Shown here one piece after another: positions 31,508 through 42,421 of a stretch of 64,000 bases of DNA (its first letter is position 1; every line of letters starts with the position of its first letter). The DNA is from Calditrichia bacterium (GTDB lineage: Bacteria > Calditrichota > Calditrichia > JAJRVZ01): assembly GCA_963777955.1 (NCBI GenBank), contig CAVZSQ010000015.1, positions 32,001-96,000 on the forward strand. The letters are read 5' to 3'. Position numbers and translations under genes: made by a program. Below the pieces are notes generated by a model, which searched no databases, was not told the origin of the DNA, and saw only the letters and a list, made by a program, of their open reading frames with translations.

Positions 31508-31876
31508 ATGAAAATTGAGTCAAAGCAGGAGAATAATGTCGGTATCATTCATATCAAAGGAAAATTGATTGGAGCTCCCGAAACTGATGATTTGCATGAA
31601 TGTGTCGATAAATTTTTGCACCAGCAGATCAAGCAGGTAATTATAGATCTGAAGGATGTGGAATGGATGGGCAGTGTGGGACTGGGTGCCTTAATGCGCG
31701 ATCTGGTTACGGTCTGCCATGCCGGTGGTGAATTAGTGGTGGCTAATCCATCGGAGAAAGTAGTGAATCTGTTTAAAATCACCAAGTTGAGCGGAGTGGT
31801 CAAAACCTTCACCGGTGTTAAAGAAGCAATGCAGCATTTTAAAAAGCACCAGGAGCAAGGCCTGAAGAATAATTAA
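31508..31876 (+). CDS. STAS domain anti-sigma factor antagonist
   Basis: AAGGAG RBS; IIDLKDVEWMGSVGLGAL and LFKITKL motifs. Confidence 0.88.
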   Translation: MKIESKQENNVGIIHIKGKLIGAPETDDLHECVDKFLHQQIKQVIIDLKDVEWMGSVGLGALMRDLVTVCHAGGELVVANPSEKVVNLFKITKLSGVVKTFTGVKEAMQHFKKHQEQGLKNN

Positions 31877-31878
31877 GG

Positions 31879-32919
31879 GTGCTGCGGATGCAGGCGATGG
31901 TGCTGGATAGAATTTATGATTTAAACCGGGAGGATTCGCCCCTGCGCCTGACGGATTTACCGGTTCCCCAGCCTGCCGGGCATGAGGTGCTGATCAGAGT
32001 ATCCGTCTGCGGAGTTTGTCATACCGAGCTCGATGAAATTGAAGGCCGGACGCCTCCGGCTTTTTTCCCGATTGTTTTAGGACATCAGGTGGTAGGCCAT
32101 ATTGCCGGGTTGGGTCAGCAGGTTAAAGAGTTTAAAATCGGGGAGAGGGTGGGTGTAGCCTGGATTTATTCCGCCTGTGGAAAATGTGAATTATGCCTGC
32201 GTGGTCATGAAAATATTTGTGCCCAATTCAAAGCCACCGGACGCGATGCCCACGGTGGATATGCCGAATACATGCGGAGCAGCCAGTCTTTTATTTACCG
32301 GATTCCGGAAATATACGACAATGATGCAGAAGCAGCGCCATTACTCTGTGCGGGTGCTATCGGTTACCGCGCCTTGAACCTTAGCAGAATAGAAAATAAG
32401 CAGGTTCTGGGTCTGACCGGTTTTGGCGCGTCGGGGCACCTGGTTTTAAAGATGAGCCGCTATCTTTTTCCGCAGACGCAAATTTTTGTATTTGCCCGAA
32501 GTAAACAGGAACAGGATTTTGCCCGGGAACTGGGTGCTGACTGGGTCGGTGACAGCAGTGACCAGCCGCCGGGTAAAGCAAATGCTATCATAGATACCAC
32601 GCCGGTATGGAAACCGGTTCTGGATGCTTTAAAAAATTTGCAGAGCGGAGGCCGGTTGATCATCAATGCGATTCGCAAGGAAAACGTGGATCGTGATTAC
32701 CTGCTTAATCTGGATTATACCTCCCAGCTCTGGCTGGAAAAAGAGATTAAAAGCGTGGCTAATATTACCAGGACCGATGTCGGCGAATTTCTGAAATTAG
32801 CCGCGCTGATTCCCATCAGGCCGGCCTATCAGGAATTTGCACTGTCGCAGGCGAATCAGGCCCTGCGGGAATTAAAACAGCGCAAAATTCGGGGCGCCAA
32901 GGTATTAAAGGTCGATTAG
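31879..32919 (+). CDS. Zinc-dependent alcohol dehydrogenase family protein
   Basis: CGVCHTE, LGHQVVG, structural-zinc CGKCELC...C, PLLCAG and GFGASG. Confidence 0.93.
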   Translation: MLRMQAMVLDRIYDLNREDSPLRLTDLPVPQPAGHEVLIRVSVCGVCHTELDEIEGRTPPAFFPIVLGHQVVGHIAGLGQQVKEFKIGERVGVAWIYSACGKCELCLRGHENICAQFKATGRDAHGGYAEYMRSSQSFIYRIPEIYDNDAEAAPLLCAGAIGYRALNLSRIENKQVLGLTGFGASGHLVLKMSRYLFPQTQIFVFARSKQEQDFARELGADWVGDSSDQPPGKANAIIDTTPVWKPVLDALKNLQSGGRLIINAIRKENVDRDYLLNLDYTSQLWLEKEIKSVANITRTDVGEFLKLAALIPIRPAYQEFALSQANQALRELKQRKIRGAKVLKVD

Positions 32920-32928
32920 AAATTTCTG

Positions 32929-32957
32929 TTGAGAATTTTACCGCAATAACTTATACT
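32929..32957 (+). promoter_or_regulatory. Putative sigma70 promoter of the FGGY kinase gene
   Basis: TTGAGA-N17-TATACT. Confidence 0.55.
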
Positions 32958-33042
32958 TGCCGATCATATCATTGTTAATCATTTTTATTATTAATCAAGC
33001 AGCAGTTGAATTTATATTTAACCAGGGGAATGGATAGAAGCT

Positions 33043-34635
33043 ATGAGTAAAACATCTGGACAAAAGTTCATTCTGGCGCACGATATGGGGACCAGTGGCA
33101 CCAAATCGATCCTGATCTCACTTTCCGGAGATATCATCGCTATGGCCAAAGAGACCTATCCGCTGCATCACCCTCAACCCGGTTTTGCTGAACAGGATCC
33201 TGCCGACTGGTGGAAAGCAAGTTGTCTCACCTGCAAATCAGTCATGAAAAACACCCGCACCGATCCGCGGGATGTGGTAGGAATAACCTTTTCCAGTTTA
33301 TCGCAAAATCTGATTCCGGTTACGAGGGAAGGAGAGCCTCTGTATCGCGGCATTACCTGGCTAGATGGCCGGGCGGCTGATATCATGCGGAAAAAGTTAT
33401 GGACTCTGCCGCGCGTCCAGGGCTATAATTTATTCAAGTTACTCAAATTCATAAGAATCACCGGAGGAAGTCCCGGACAGACTGGAAAAGATCAAATCGG
33501 AAAGTTGCTCTGGCTGCAGGAAAATGAACCGAAGGTGTTCAGAAATACCTATAAATTTATCGATACCAAGGATTTTATCATCTACCATCTTACAGGAAAT
33601 TTTGTGACATCGGTTGATGTAGCTGTGCTGTGGTGGTTTCTGGACACGCGGCGCAACCTTAACCAATGGAGTCCGGCATTGTGCCGGCTGGCGAATATTA
33701 CACCCGATCAATTGAGCGAGGTTCGCCAGAGCGCCGAAGTGGTGGGAACTCTTACAGCCAAAGCTGCGGCTGAAACCGGCCTGCTGGCCGGTACACCGGT
33801 ATTTAACGGCGCCAGTGATGTAGCGGCGACGGCAATCGGTGCCGGTGCGCTGGATGACGGAGAAATGTATATTCACATCGGAACCAGCAGTTGGGTCGCG
33901 GGGCATTTTACCAAGCGCAAGATCGACATACCCCATTATACCGGCTGCATTGGCAGTGCCTATCCCCAGAAATATTACCTGGGTATCGCGCACCAGGAAA
34001 CCGCCGGGGCTTGCCTGGAATGGTTGAAAAATAATATTCTTTATCATGAAAAACAACTGATGGCTGAAAGCCAGATCAACGAGATCTTTCAGCTGTTTGA
34101 TCAAATGGCTGAAAAGGTTGGACCGGGCGCCAAGGGTGTGTTATTTACGCCATGGATGTACGGAGAAAGAGCGCCCCTCGACGATGATTATGTACGGGCG
34201 GGATTATTTAATCTTAGTCTGGATCATACCCGCGAACATTTGATCCGGGCCGTACTGGAAGGAGTAGCTTTTAATAACCGCTGGGCTATGGAAACCCTGG
34301 AAAAATTGTATGCTCCGGTAAGTTCGATGAATTTTATCGGCGGAGGGGCTAAAAGCGATATCTGGTGCCAGATCATCGCCGATATAACCAACCGCCAGAT
34401 CAACCAGATCAGCGATCCGCAACAGGCCGGCGCCAAAGGAATGGCCCTGTTAGCCAGTATGACCCTGGGATATATCAAATCGTTCCCGGAGATTAAAAAT
34501 TATATCAAGATAAAAAACAAATTTATTCCCAATCCTGAAAACCGGACTCTATATGACCGCCTGTTCAGAGAATATAAAAATATTTATAAGCATAATAAGG
34601 GCTGGTATAAACGGATGAACAGAACACATCCATAA
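33043..34635 (+). CDS. FGGY-family carbohydrate kinase (xylulokinase-like)
   Basis: LAHDMGTSGTK, EQDPADWW, WLDGRA, GTSSW, GERAP, RAVLEG and GGGAKS. Confidence 0.92.
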   Translation: MSKTSGQKFILAHDMGTSGTKSILISLSGDIIAMAKETYPLHHPQPGFAEQDPADWWKASCLTCKSVMKNTRTDPRDVVGITFSSLSQNLIPVTREGEPLYRGITWLDGRAADIMRKKLWTLPRVQGYNLFKLLKFIRITGGSPGQTGKDQIGKLLWLQENEPKVFRNTYKFIDTKDFIIYHLTGNFVTSVDVAVLWWFLDTRRNLNQWSPALCRLANITPDQLSEVRQSAEVVGTLTAKAAAETGLLAGTPVFNGASDVAATAIGAGALDDGEMYIHIGTSSWVAGHFTKRKIDIPHYTGCIGSAYPQKYYLGIAHQETAGACLEWLKNNILYHEKQLMAESQINEIFQLFDQMAEKVGPGAKGVLFTPWMYGERAPLDDDYVRAGLFNLSLDHTREHLIRAVLEGVAFNNRWAMETLEKLYAPVSSMNFIGGGAKSDIWCQIIADITNRQINQISDPQQAGAKGMALLASMTLGYIKSFPEIKNYIKIKNKFIPNPENRTLYDRLFREYKNIYKHNKGWYKRMNRTHP

Positions 34636-34682
34636 ATTAGTGCTTAAATCTCACCACCTAAAGCAGGTGCAAAGCAGGTATT

Positions 34683-35564
34683 ATGTTCTTTAAACATGCA
34701 GACACATTCCCTGATCAGAATATAACTGATTTCTGCGCCGCCGGCGCCTCGGTAACTGAAGAAATGATTCCTACCAGTGTAAATGTGGCCCTGCGCGTCG
34801 TGACCTTTACTCCTCCCGGGAAACCCAAATATCCTCCGGTGTTGTTCGTACCCGGCTGGGTCTCGCAGATGTTTGGCTGGAAAGAAGTTCTGCTGGAGAT
34901 GACCGGGGATTTCAAGATCTATTATGTCGAGACCAGGGAAAAGATCAGTTCACAGGTGCGGGGCCGGGCCAGGTATGATGTGGAATCGATCGGTCTGGAT
35001 ATTGTCACCTTGATTGAAAGATTTAATTTTAAACAGCAGGATTACATCCTTTTTGGCAGTTCGCTGGGTGGAACGAGCATCCTTGACCTATATCGTTACC
35101 TGAAGGAAAAACCGTGCTGTCTGGTTCTGGTCGGACCGAACGCAGTCTTTCGCATACCAAAGATCTGGATATATATCATTAAAATGTTCTATCCCGGTAT
35201 GTATGATTTGATCAGACCTCCGGTGAAATGGTATCTGCGGAAATTTCGTCTCGATCTGAACAGTGATTATGAACAGTATGAAAAATATTGCCGGGCTATC
35301 GATTCAGGCGACCCCTGGAAACTAAAAAAGGGGGTTCTGTCGCTTTACAGGTACGAAATCTGGGATTTGCTCAAAGATATCGATATTCCCACCCTGATGA
35401 TCGGTGCTTCTAAAGATAAACTGCATGAACCGGATAACCTGCGTAAAATGGTTCGCCTGATGCCCGCGGCTACTTATCTGGATCTGGAGACCAATAAAAT
35501 AACCCATAGCAGGAGAATGGTCGCAGAAATGCGGAAATATCTGGACGCGCTCCTTCACCATTGA
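34683..35564 (+). CDS. Alpha/beta fold hydrolase
   Basis: FVPGW oxyanion region, GSSLGG nucleophile elbow, and candidate Asp (KDKL) and His (ITH). Confidence 0.82.
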   Translation: MFFKHADTFPDQNITDFCAAGASVTEEMIPTSVNVALRVVTFTPPGKPKYPPVLFVPGWVSQMFGWKEVLLEMTGDFKIYYVETREKISSQVRGRARYDVESIGLDIVTLIERFNFKQQDYILFGSSLGGTSILDLYRYLKEKPCCLVLVGPNAVFRIPKIWIYIIKMFYPGMYDLIRPPVKWYLRKFRLDLNSDYEQYEKYCRAIDSGDPWKLKKGVLSLYRYEIWDLLKDIDIPTLMIGASKDKLHEPDNLRKMVRLMPAATYLDLETNKITHSRRMVAEMRKYLDALLHH

Positions 35565-35658
35565 GTTAAAGTAGTTAACAATTTCTTAGATCGTTGATCT
35601 ACATCACAATTATTCAGTTGAAATAGAATAAATTAGGCGAAAATCAAAAGGGGAAAAT

Positions 35659-36432
35659 ATGCGGAAGATTATCGTCCTGGTAGTTATATGTTTTTTTATG
35701 ATTTTAATCGGCTGTAAAGAAGATTCCACTTCCGCCGTGGATAACGGCAGGCTGCGAATATATCTCACCGATGCACCGGCTGTATATGACTCGGTAAACA
35801 TCACCTTTACTGAAGTAAGCGCACATTTCGATTCTGCCTGGATCAGTGTGATGACCGAGCCGGTAACATATGATTTACTCGATTTAAGCGGCGGAAAATT
35901 TGAGGTTCTGGGCGGTGCGGACGTACCGGCCGGTCATTATACTCAAATCCGGATTAAAATTGATGCTGCAGAGATTGGAGTCGACGGGAATGTATATCCG
36001 CTGGAAGTGCCAAGCGGAGCACAAACCGGATTGAAATTCGGACCTCAATTTACTATTGCCGCCGGTTCTACCTATGAATTAGTGGTGGATTTTGATGTAA
36101 ACCGTTCTATTGTGGTGACCGGTCCAGGCAGTAATCCCACTGGATATAAATTAAAGCCGCATTTAAGGGTAGTGGCAAAAGCAGTAGCTGGTTCGATATC
36201 CGGGCAGGTAACCAATCCGGAAAATATTCCGGTAGCCTATGCCATACAGGGCTCGGATACTGTCACCAGTGCAGCGATAAATATGGCGGATAGCACGTTT
36301 GTACTTGGTTTTCTGCCGGAAGGATTGTACACGGTGTCAGTACGGGATACTCTGGATCATTCGTTCACTCAGGATAATATTGAGGTAAACGCAGGTGCTG
36401 ATAATGATCTAGGAGTGCTACTCCTGCAATAG
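35659..36432 (+). CDS. DUF4382 domain lipoprotein
   Basis: LIGC lipobox; LTDAP, PAGHYTQIR, PSGAQTGLK, DFDVNRSIV and YKLKP. Confidence 0.87.
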   Translation: MRKIIVLVVICFFMILIGCKEDSTSAVDNGRLRIYLTDAPAVYDSVNITFTEVSAHFDSAWISVMTEPVTYDLLDLSGGKFEVLGGADVPAGHYTQIRIKIDAAEIGVDGNVYPLEVPSGAQTGLKFGPQFTIAAGSTYELVVDFDVNRSIVVTGPGSNPTGYKLKPHLRVVAKAVAGSISGQVTNPENIPVAYAIQGSDTVTSAAINMADSTFVLGFLPEGLYTVSVRDTLDHSFTQDNIEVNAGADNDLGVLLLQ

Positions 36433-36467
36433 AATTATCTTTCAAACTTAACAGACAAACTTCAAAT

Positions 36468-36511
36468 AAAAGGTTGTGTTTTCTGAAAAGAGAGCACAAC
36501 CTTTTTGTTTT
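36468..36511 (+). terminator. Intrinsic (possibly bidirectional) terminator
   Basis: AAAAGGTTGTGTTTTCT-GAAA-AGAGAGCACAACCTTTT followed by a T-rich tail. Confidence 0.85.
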
Positions 36512-36687
36512 TAGGGACTACTTCGATCAGACCGCTACAGATTTAAAAATAAATTTGCATCCTCAGTAAAGTTATAGCTAAATTACAAATTTAAATGTAA
36601 TTACCAATTCAATACCAATTAAACAATTTAGTTTAACTGTGTATATGGAATTAACTTATATTCAAAAAATGATAACCTGAGGAATGA

Positions 36688-37785
36688 ATGAAGAAGAGGA
36701 TTTTAGTTATTACCGGTGGAGGCGATTGCCCGGGTTTAAATGCAGTCATTCGGGCCATTGTCAAACGTGCCACGCAGGAGCGGGATTGGGAAGTCGTGGG
36801 TAGTTATGAAGCATTCAATGGCATTCTCAGAGAACCGATGGAACTAATCATATTAGATGAGAAAAAGGTATCCGGAATTCATGTCAAAGGCGGAACTATT
36901 ATCGGGACAACCAACAAGGGCGGACCTTTCGCCTGGCCGATCAAGAATAAAGACGGCAGCTGGGGCTCGGTTGACCGTTCGGATGAATTATTGCGTAAAC
37001 TGCAATATCAGAATATTGAAGCAGTGATTAACATCGGTGGGGAAGGATCACAACAAATATCACAGGCACTATATGAAAAAGGATGCAATATCATCGGTGT
37101 GCCTAAAACTATCGATAACGATCTGGCCGGAACTGATTTCACGTTCGGTTTTCAGACCGCCGCCGAGATTGCCACGGATGCAGTCGATAAACTGGTAACT
37201 ACCGCCGAGAGTCACAACAGAATTTTTATTCTGGAAGTCATGGGCCGTGGTGCCGGATGGATCTCCCTGCACGCCTCGGTTGCCGGCGGAGCGGAGATCT
37301 GCCTGATTCCTGAAATTCCCTACGATGTAGATGTGGTCATGGAACGCATCCATGAGCGCATGCCCATGGGGCGTGGATTTGTGAATATCGTGATTGCTGA
37401 AGGGGCCAAACCAATCGGAGGTGCAGCGGTAGTAACTAAAAGCGATGAAATAGGATATCAAAATCTCCGCCTGGGCGGGGCCGGACTTCGTCTGGAACAG
37501 GAATTGAAACAGGCCGGCTGTGAGGAAGATATTCGTGTCTCAATCCTCGGCCATCTGCAGCGCGGTGGAATACCCAATGCTTATGACCGGGTTCTGGCTA
37601 CCCAATTCGGAGTCAAAGCCTTTGAAATGGTACTGGCGCAGGATTATGGCAAGATGGTTGCCTATAAACATCCGCTGATTACAGCGATACCCATCAAGGA
37701 CGTCATCTCAGCTTACAATGTAATAAAAATGGATGATCAGTTGTTACGAACAGCCCGTGGTATTGGTATCTGTATGGGGGATTGA
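36688..37785 (+). CDS. pfkA: 6-phosphofructokinase (probably ATP-dependent)
   Basis: TGGGDCPGLNA, GGEGS (Gly at the ATP/PPi specificity position), PKTIDND, EVMGR and LGHLQRGG. Confidence 0.93.
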   Translation: MKKRILVITGGGDCPGLNAVIRAIVKRATQERDWEVVGSYEAFNGILREPMELIILDEKKVSGIHVKGGTIIGTTNKGGPFAWPIKNKDGSWGSVDRSDELLRKLQYQNIEAVINIGGEGSQQISQALYEKGCNIIGVPKTIDNDLAGTDFTFGFQTAAEIATDAVDKLVTTAESHNRIFILEVMGRGAGWISLHASVAGGAEICLIPEIPYDVDVVMERIHERMPMGRGFVNIVIAEGAKPIGGAAVVTKSDEIGYQNLRLGGAGLRLEQELKQAGCEEDIRVSILGHLQRGGIPNAYDRVLATQFGVKAFEMVLAQDYGKMVAYKHPLITAIPIKDVISAYNVIKMDDQLLRTARGIGICMGD

Positions 37786-37796
37786 GCATTGCGGAT

Positions 37797-38567
37797 TTAA
37801 TACCGCTGCGCAGTTATACCAGATTGCGCCAGTTCATCAACCAGCGGCTGCAGGTCATCACCACTGAGTTTAGTAATCTGTTTTGAGGGATAGCCACGAT
37901 CCAGACTATATATCTGAACCATAAGCGGGCGAATGAATATTATCGACCGGATCCAGGTTTTTAAATGATCCGGGGAAAAATTGCCGGACCTTCCAGCGGT
38001 AAAAAGAGCCTGTATAGTAATGTTTTTCATGGTCGCCAGCAGGTGAATCATTTGCCGGAGATTAAAGGGAATTATTGGCCGGTTATATTGCCTGTACAAA
38101 TCCTCTGCGGCGCAATCCAACTTGATGATTTTAAGATCTAATTTGTCCAGGGCAGCCTGAATATGAGGTTGCCCGATGCGGGTTCCATTACTCAGAATGG
38201 CAGTTCTGGCAGCAGGGCAGTATTTATTTCGTAAATTTATCACCGCATTTACCAAGTCCGGGAAATCAGGATGCAGGGTGGCTTCGCCATTACCGGAAAA
38301 GGTCAGGTAATCCAACCTGCAGGGGTCATTGCTTAATCTTGATTCCAACCCCTGAATAATCGATTCAATCGAAAAAAAATTCGTTATCTGGTTTATTTTC
38401 TCGACCTTTATTCTGGTATAGCCATACTGGCAGTAAAGGCAATTCAAACTACAGATTTTAGTATTTGCCGTCAGAACATTAATTCCCAGAGATTTTCCTA
38501 ACCGCCTGGAATTAACCGGCCCATAAACTACATCATTTTTCAAAGGTAATATCTTGTTATTGCTCAT
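37797..38567 (-). CDS. Radical SAM protein
   Basis: YGPVNSRRLGKSLGIN, CSLNCLYC (CxxxCxxC) and TFSGNGEATLHP. Confidence 0.9.
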   Translation of the reverse strand: MSNNKILPLKNDVVYGPVNSRRLGKSLGINVLTANTKICSLNCLYCQYGYTRIKVEKINQITNFFSIESIIQGLESRLSNDPCRLDYLTFSGNGEATLHPDFPDLVNAVINLRNKYCPAARTAILSNGTRIGQPHIQAALDKLDLKIIKLDCAAEDLYRQYNRPIIPFNLRQMIHLLATMKNITIQALFTAGRSGNFSPDHLKTWIRSIIFIRPLMVQIYSLDRGYPSKQITKLSGDDLQPLVDELAQSGITAQRY

Positions 38568-38628
38568 GATAAATAGTTTTTCAACTTATACTTTAATTAT
38601 TACTATTATTTCAATTATTACATTAGAT

Positions 38629-40098
38629 TTATATCTTTAAAATGGCCTGGCCTAATCTCTTGATACCTTTGCGGATTTCTTCCTCGTTCAGTGTGGCGAT
38701 GGATAAGCGCAGGTATTTTTTAGGATGCATTCTGGCAAAGTAAAACTCGCCTGGAGAGGCTGAAACTCCATGCTGATTCAGTACATTTTGCAGGTGGGTT
38801 TTACTGTGATAGTCCCGGGCCAGTTCCAGCCAGATGGTATACCCCCCTTCAGGACGGGTCCATTTTACATTATCAGGCATGAATTCCGCCAGGGCCTGGA
38901 ATGCGCTTTGCATTCGTCTGCGGTAGATCCGGTGCATTCTTTTAATATGAATATTATAATAACCCTGGCGGCAAAAATGATTCAGGGCAGCCTGGGTCAA
39001 GGTATTGCAGGAAAGATCACAAAAACGCCTGATGGCGGTCAGGCGTTCGATGCATTCTTTATCCGCGACAATCCAGCCAACTCGGATGCCGGGGAATAAA
39101 ACCTTGGAAAATGTGCCCATATAGAGTACGATACGATTTCTGTCCATTGATTTTATCGGCAGGGCGACTTTACCAAAATATTTCATTTCTTCTTCAAAAC
39201 CATCCTCGACCAACGGCAGATTATTGTTTTCACATATTGCCAATAATTTTTCACGATGATTTTGACTGGTGGTAATTCCGGTTGGATTTTGAAAATTGGG
39301 AATGGTATATAAAAAGGCAGGTCGCTCAGCGCGGATCGCTTTTTCCAGAGCGTCAAGATCTAAGCCATCATTCTTCATCTCGATCTCAACCGGTTCCACC
39401 CGGTAGAATAAAAAAAGAGGAATGGCCAGGGCGTATGTCGGTGCTTCCACGAGAACTTTTTTGCCCGCTATAGTGAACATCTTTAAAATAAGATCAAGTG
39501 CCTGTTGTGAACCATTGGTGATCAGGATCTCTTCCGGGACAGCGGCGATACCATGTATCTGCATGCGTTGAGCGATAAATTCCCGTAAGGGATAATATCC
39601 TGCATAATCACCATATTCCAGTACTTTGTGGCCTTCATTGACCAGCACCTGGTTCAGGCATCGTCTGAAATCGGTTGCCGGCATCAGGCGGTGATCCATA
39701 TCCAACCGGGAAAAATTTATACAATCCCGGCTGCCGTTGCTTTTTTCCGATCTGAAGGTATGGAAAAGTGAAAACAGTTCATCGCTCTGGCGATTGGCGC
39801 TGCCGGACCAATTGATCAGGCCCCGGTGAAAATCATGGTGCAGTGTGACAGTCTTTTTCCGTTTCCGAACCGTCATATAGGAACCAGGCCTGCTTTCCAG
39901 GTAACCGAAAGCCTGTAATTCCTGGTAGGCGCGGTATACTGTCGACCGGTTCAGCCCTAATTTAACAGCCAGTTCGCGGCTGGCCGGGATGCGTTCACCG
40001 GGCTGGATTGTCTCTTTGTCGATCAGATCGGAAATTTGAGTGATGATCTGCCGGTAGATAGGGGTGCTGCTTGAGGATTCAATTTTCAGCAATAACAT
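38629..40098 (-). CDS. MocR/GabR family regulator (GntR HTH plus PLP aminotransferase domain)
   Basis: PIYRQI...PASRELA...NRSTVYRAYQEL; FQNPTG, TFSKVLFPGIRVGW and LRLS. Confidence 0.93.
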   Translation of the reverse strand: MLLLKIESSSSTPIYRQIITQISDLIDKETIQPGERIPASRELAVKLGLNRSTVYRAYQELQAFGYLESRPGSYMTVRKRKKTVTLHHDFHRGLINWSGSANRQSDELFSLFHTFRSEKSNGSRDCINFSRLDMDHRLMPATDFRRCLNQVLVNEGHKVLEYGDYAGYYPLREFIAQRMQIHGIAAVPEEILITNGSQQALDLILKMFTIAGKKVLVEAPTYALAIPLFLFYRVEPVEIEMKNDGLDLDALEKAIRAERPAFLYTIPNFQNPTGITTSQNHREKLLAICENNNLPLVEDGFEEEMKYFGKVALPIKSMDRNRIVLYMGTFSKVLFPGIRVGWIVADKECIERLTAIRRFCDLSCNTLTQAALNHFCRQGYYNIHIKRMHRIYRRRMQSAFQALAEFMPDNVKWTRPEGGYTIWLELARDYHSKTHLQNVLNQHGVSASPGEFYFARMHPKKYLRLSIATLNEEEIRKGIKRLGQAILKI

Positions 40099-40123
40099 AC
40101 ATTCTCCTGTTGACTATTCATTA

Positions 40124-40158
40124 TATGTAGGGACAATCCCTAGGATTGTCCCTACATA
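40124..40158. repeat. Perfect 16-bp palindrome, GTAG-type REP-like
   Basis: TATGTAGGGACAATCC-CTA-GGATTGTCCCTACATA. Confidence 0.7.
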
Positions 40159-40170
40159 AATAGTAGCATT

Positions 40171-40232
40171 AATATAGGAGAATGATTGGCTGTTGTAAAC
40201 TACCAATTCCGTGATTTTCTTAACCAGCCAAT
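40171..40232 (-). promoter_or_regulatory. Putative mocR promoter with overlapping three-box operator
   Basis: Minus strand TTTACA-N17-TATATT (40199-40171). Plus-strand boxes: ATTGGCTG 40185, CTACCAAT 40200, CAGCCAAT 40225. Confidence 0.55.
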
Positions 40233-40255
40233 TTAGGGGATTTAAGGTGTTTTTT

Positions 40256-41522
40256 CTATTTTGCTCTGACCCAGCGGGCGATTTCGGGTAAAGTCGGACG
40301 CTTGCCGTGCATCAACATACCCACCCGGTAGATTTTTGCCGAAATCCACATGCATAGTAAAACAGTCAAAATCAATAGGACTATGGAACCCCAGACTTGC
40401 CAGAGCGGGTGGTGCGGATATGTTCACTCTGGCAAACATCAGGATCGGACTGAAGAAGGGGATGAGGGAAAGAATAACCGAAGTCGTGCTGTCCGGATTT
40501 TTAGTGATGAAAGTCATGACCAGGATAGGAATAATGATCAGGAATACCACCGGCATTGACATTTGTTGGGCTTCCTGGTCTGTACTGGCCAGTGCACCGA
40601 TTCCGGCATAGATGCAGGCGAATAAAAAGTAACCCAGTAAGAAAAACAGGACGAAATAAATAAAGACATAGGGGGAAATGGTGGTCAGACCGCTGGGCAA
40701 AGCCGTCATGCTGGTACCGAAAAGCAGCAGTCCTATGGCCAGCAGTGACCAGATCAGATATTGCGTAAGTCCGACACTGCCCAGCCCCAGAATTTTTCCT
40801 ACCATGAGTTGGAAAGAATTCGCTGATGAAAGCAGGATTTCAATTACTCGCGAATTTTTCTCCTGCAATACCCCGCGCATGATCGAAACTCCATAAATAA
40901 TGATGGTCATATACAGGATAAAGACCATGGCGAATGTGGAAAAATATTCCTGGATAAATCCGCTCTCTTTTTCCTCTTCACCTTTTTTAATTTTAAAAGT
41001 TTTCATCTCGGTAGTACGGGTCAGCAGGTTGATGGTCGCCGGATCGATACCGCTCTGATGAATCCGGTAATCGATCAAAATATCGTCGATGGCGCTTTGT
41101 ATCTGCTGGTTGAGGTCGAAATCACCCACATTGCGGGCATAAAATTCTACCCGCGGTGTATCGATTACCTGGGCCGGAATGAATATAAATCCATCAAGTT
41201 CTGCGGAGTCCACCCGCAATCTTAATTCTTCTTTTTGCTTTTCAAAAGCGGTTTGCTGATCTGCCACCAGCGGGAATTGAAACTTTGGTTGTCCATTCGA
41301 TAGTTTAATGTCAAGTTTTTTCGGCAACTCGTTCACAAACAGACCGGAATGATCCACCAGGGCCACATTGTAACTGCTTTCGACATCCATCCGGACGAGC
41401 AGGGTAGGTACGAAAACCAGGGCCAGCATGAGCACCGGTGTCAGAAGTGTCGTAATAATAAAACTCTTTTTGTATACGCTTTCCTTATACTCGCGTTTTA
41501 TGATCGTCATTATCTTAGACAT
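40256..41522 (-). CDS. ABC-2 type transporter permease (NatB-like); +1 frameshift near 40408
   Basis: IIKREY...[32 protein letters not shown]. The corrected tail reads [13 protein letters not shown]...[27 protein letters not shown]. Confidence 0.88.
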
Positions 41523-42421
41523 GTGTTTTTCTCCCTACGACTTCAATGAAGATATCGTTCAGACTGGATTCGGTGGTTTGAAAACGGCGTACTTCAATTT
41601 TATCAATCAGCGCCTGGAGCAACTGTTTAGAGGTGTTTTCTTTGCGCAAACGGATATCGACATAATTTCCATAGTTATCTATTTTTTCAATCATCTTTAG
41701 TGTCTTCAGAAATTGAATGTCGCCGTCATACTCTAATTGTATGGCATTGCTGCCATACTGTTTCTTGATGCCGACTAAGTCGCCATCCAGAACTTTTTCA
41801 CCCTTATCGATCAGCAGGATATCATCGCAGATCTTTTCCGCTACTTCCATCTGGTGAGTGGAGAACATGATCGCACGGTTATCCGCTTTCAATTCCAGCA
41901 TGATATTTTTCATCATCTGGGTATTGATCGGATCCAGTCCGGCGAAAGGTTCATCCAGGATAATCAGGTCAGGCCGATGCATGATGGTACCGATGAACTG
42001 TATTTTTTGCTGCATACCCTTGGATAAATCTTCCACTTTCTTCTGTTCCCAGGTATCAAGTTCGACCCGCTTTAACCATGCTCTGCTGCGGGCTGCGGCT
42101 TCGCCTGCTGACAATTCATGCAACTCGCCAAGAAATACCAGCATATCCAGAACTTTCATCTTTGGCATACAATCCGCGTTCTTCGGGCAGGTATCCGATC
42201 CGGCGTTTGAGGTCGTCATTCATACTCTGACCAAATAGTCTGATCTGGCCGCTGTCCGGCAATAGAATATTCATGATCATGCGGATGGTCGTGGTCTTAC
42301 CGGCCCCATTCGGACCAAGTACTCCATAGATGCGGCCTGTTTCCACGCTAAAATTGATATCGCGTACAGCCTGTACCTTACCAAAAGATTTTGATACACT
42401 CTCAATTTCAAGTACGGTCAT
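41515..42421 (-). CDS. ABC transporter ATP-binding protein; +1 frameshift near 42166
   Basis: GPNGAGKTT and GYLPEERGLY, continuing as PKMKV...LSKGMQQK and ILDEPF in the second frame. Confidence 0.9.

Noticed and set aside
19655..32919. Genomic island integrated at tRNA-Glu
   Set aside because: No integrase, no duplicated tRNA 3' end noticed, and no obvious compositional break.
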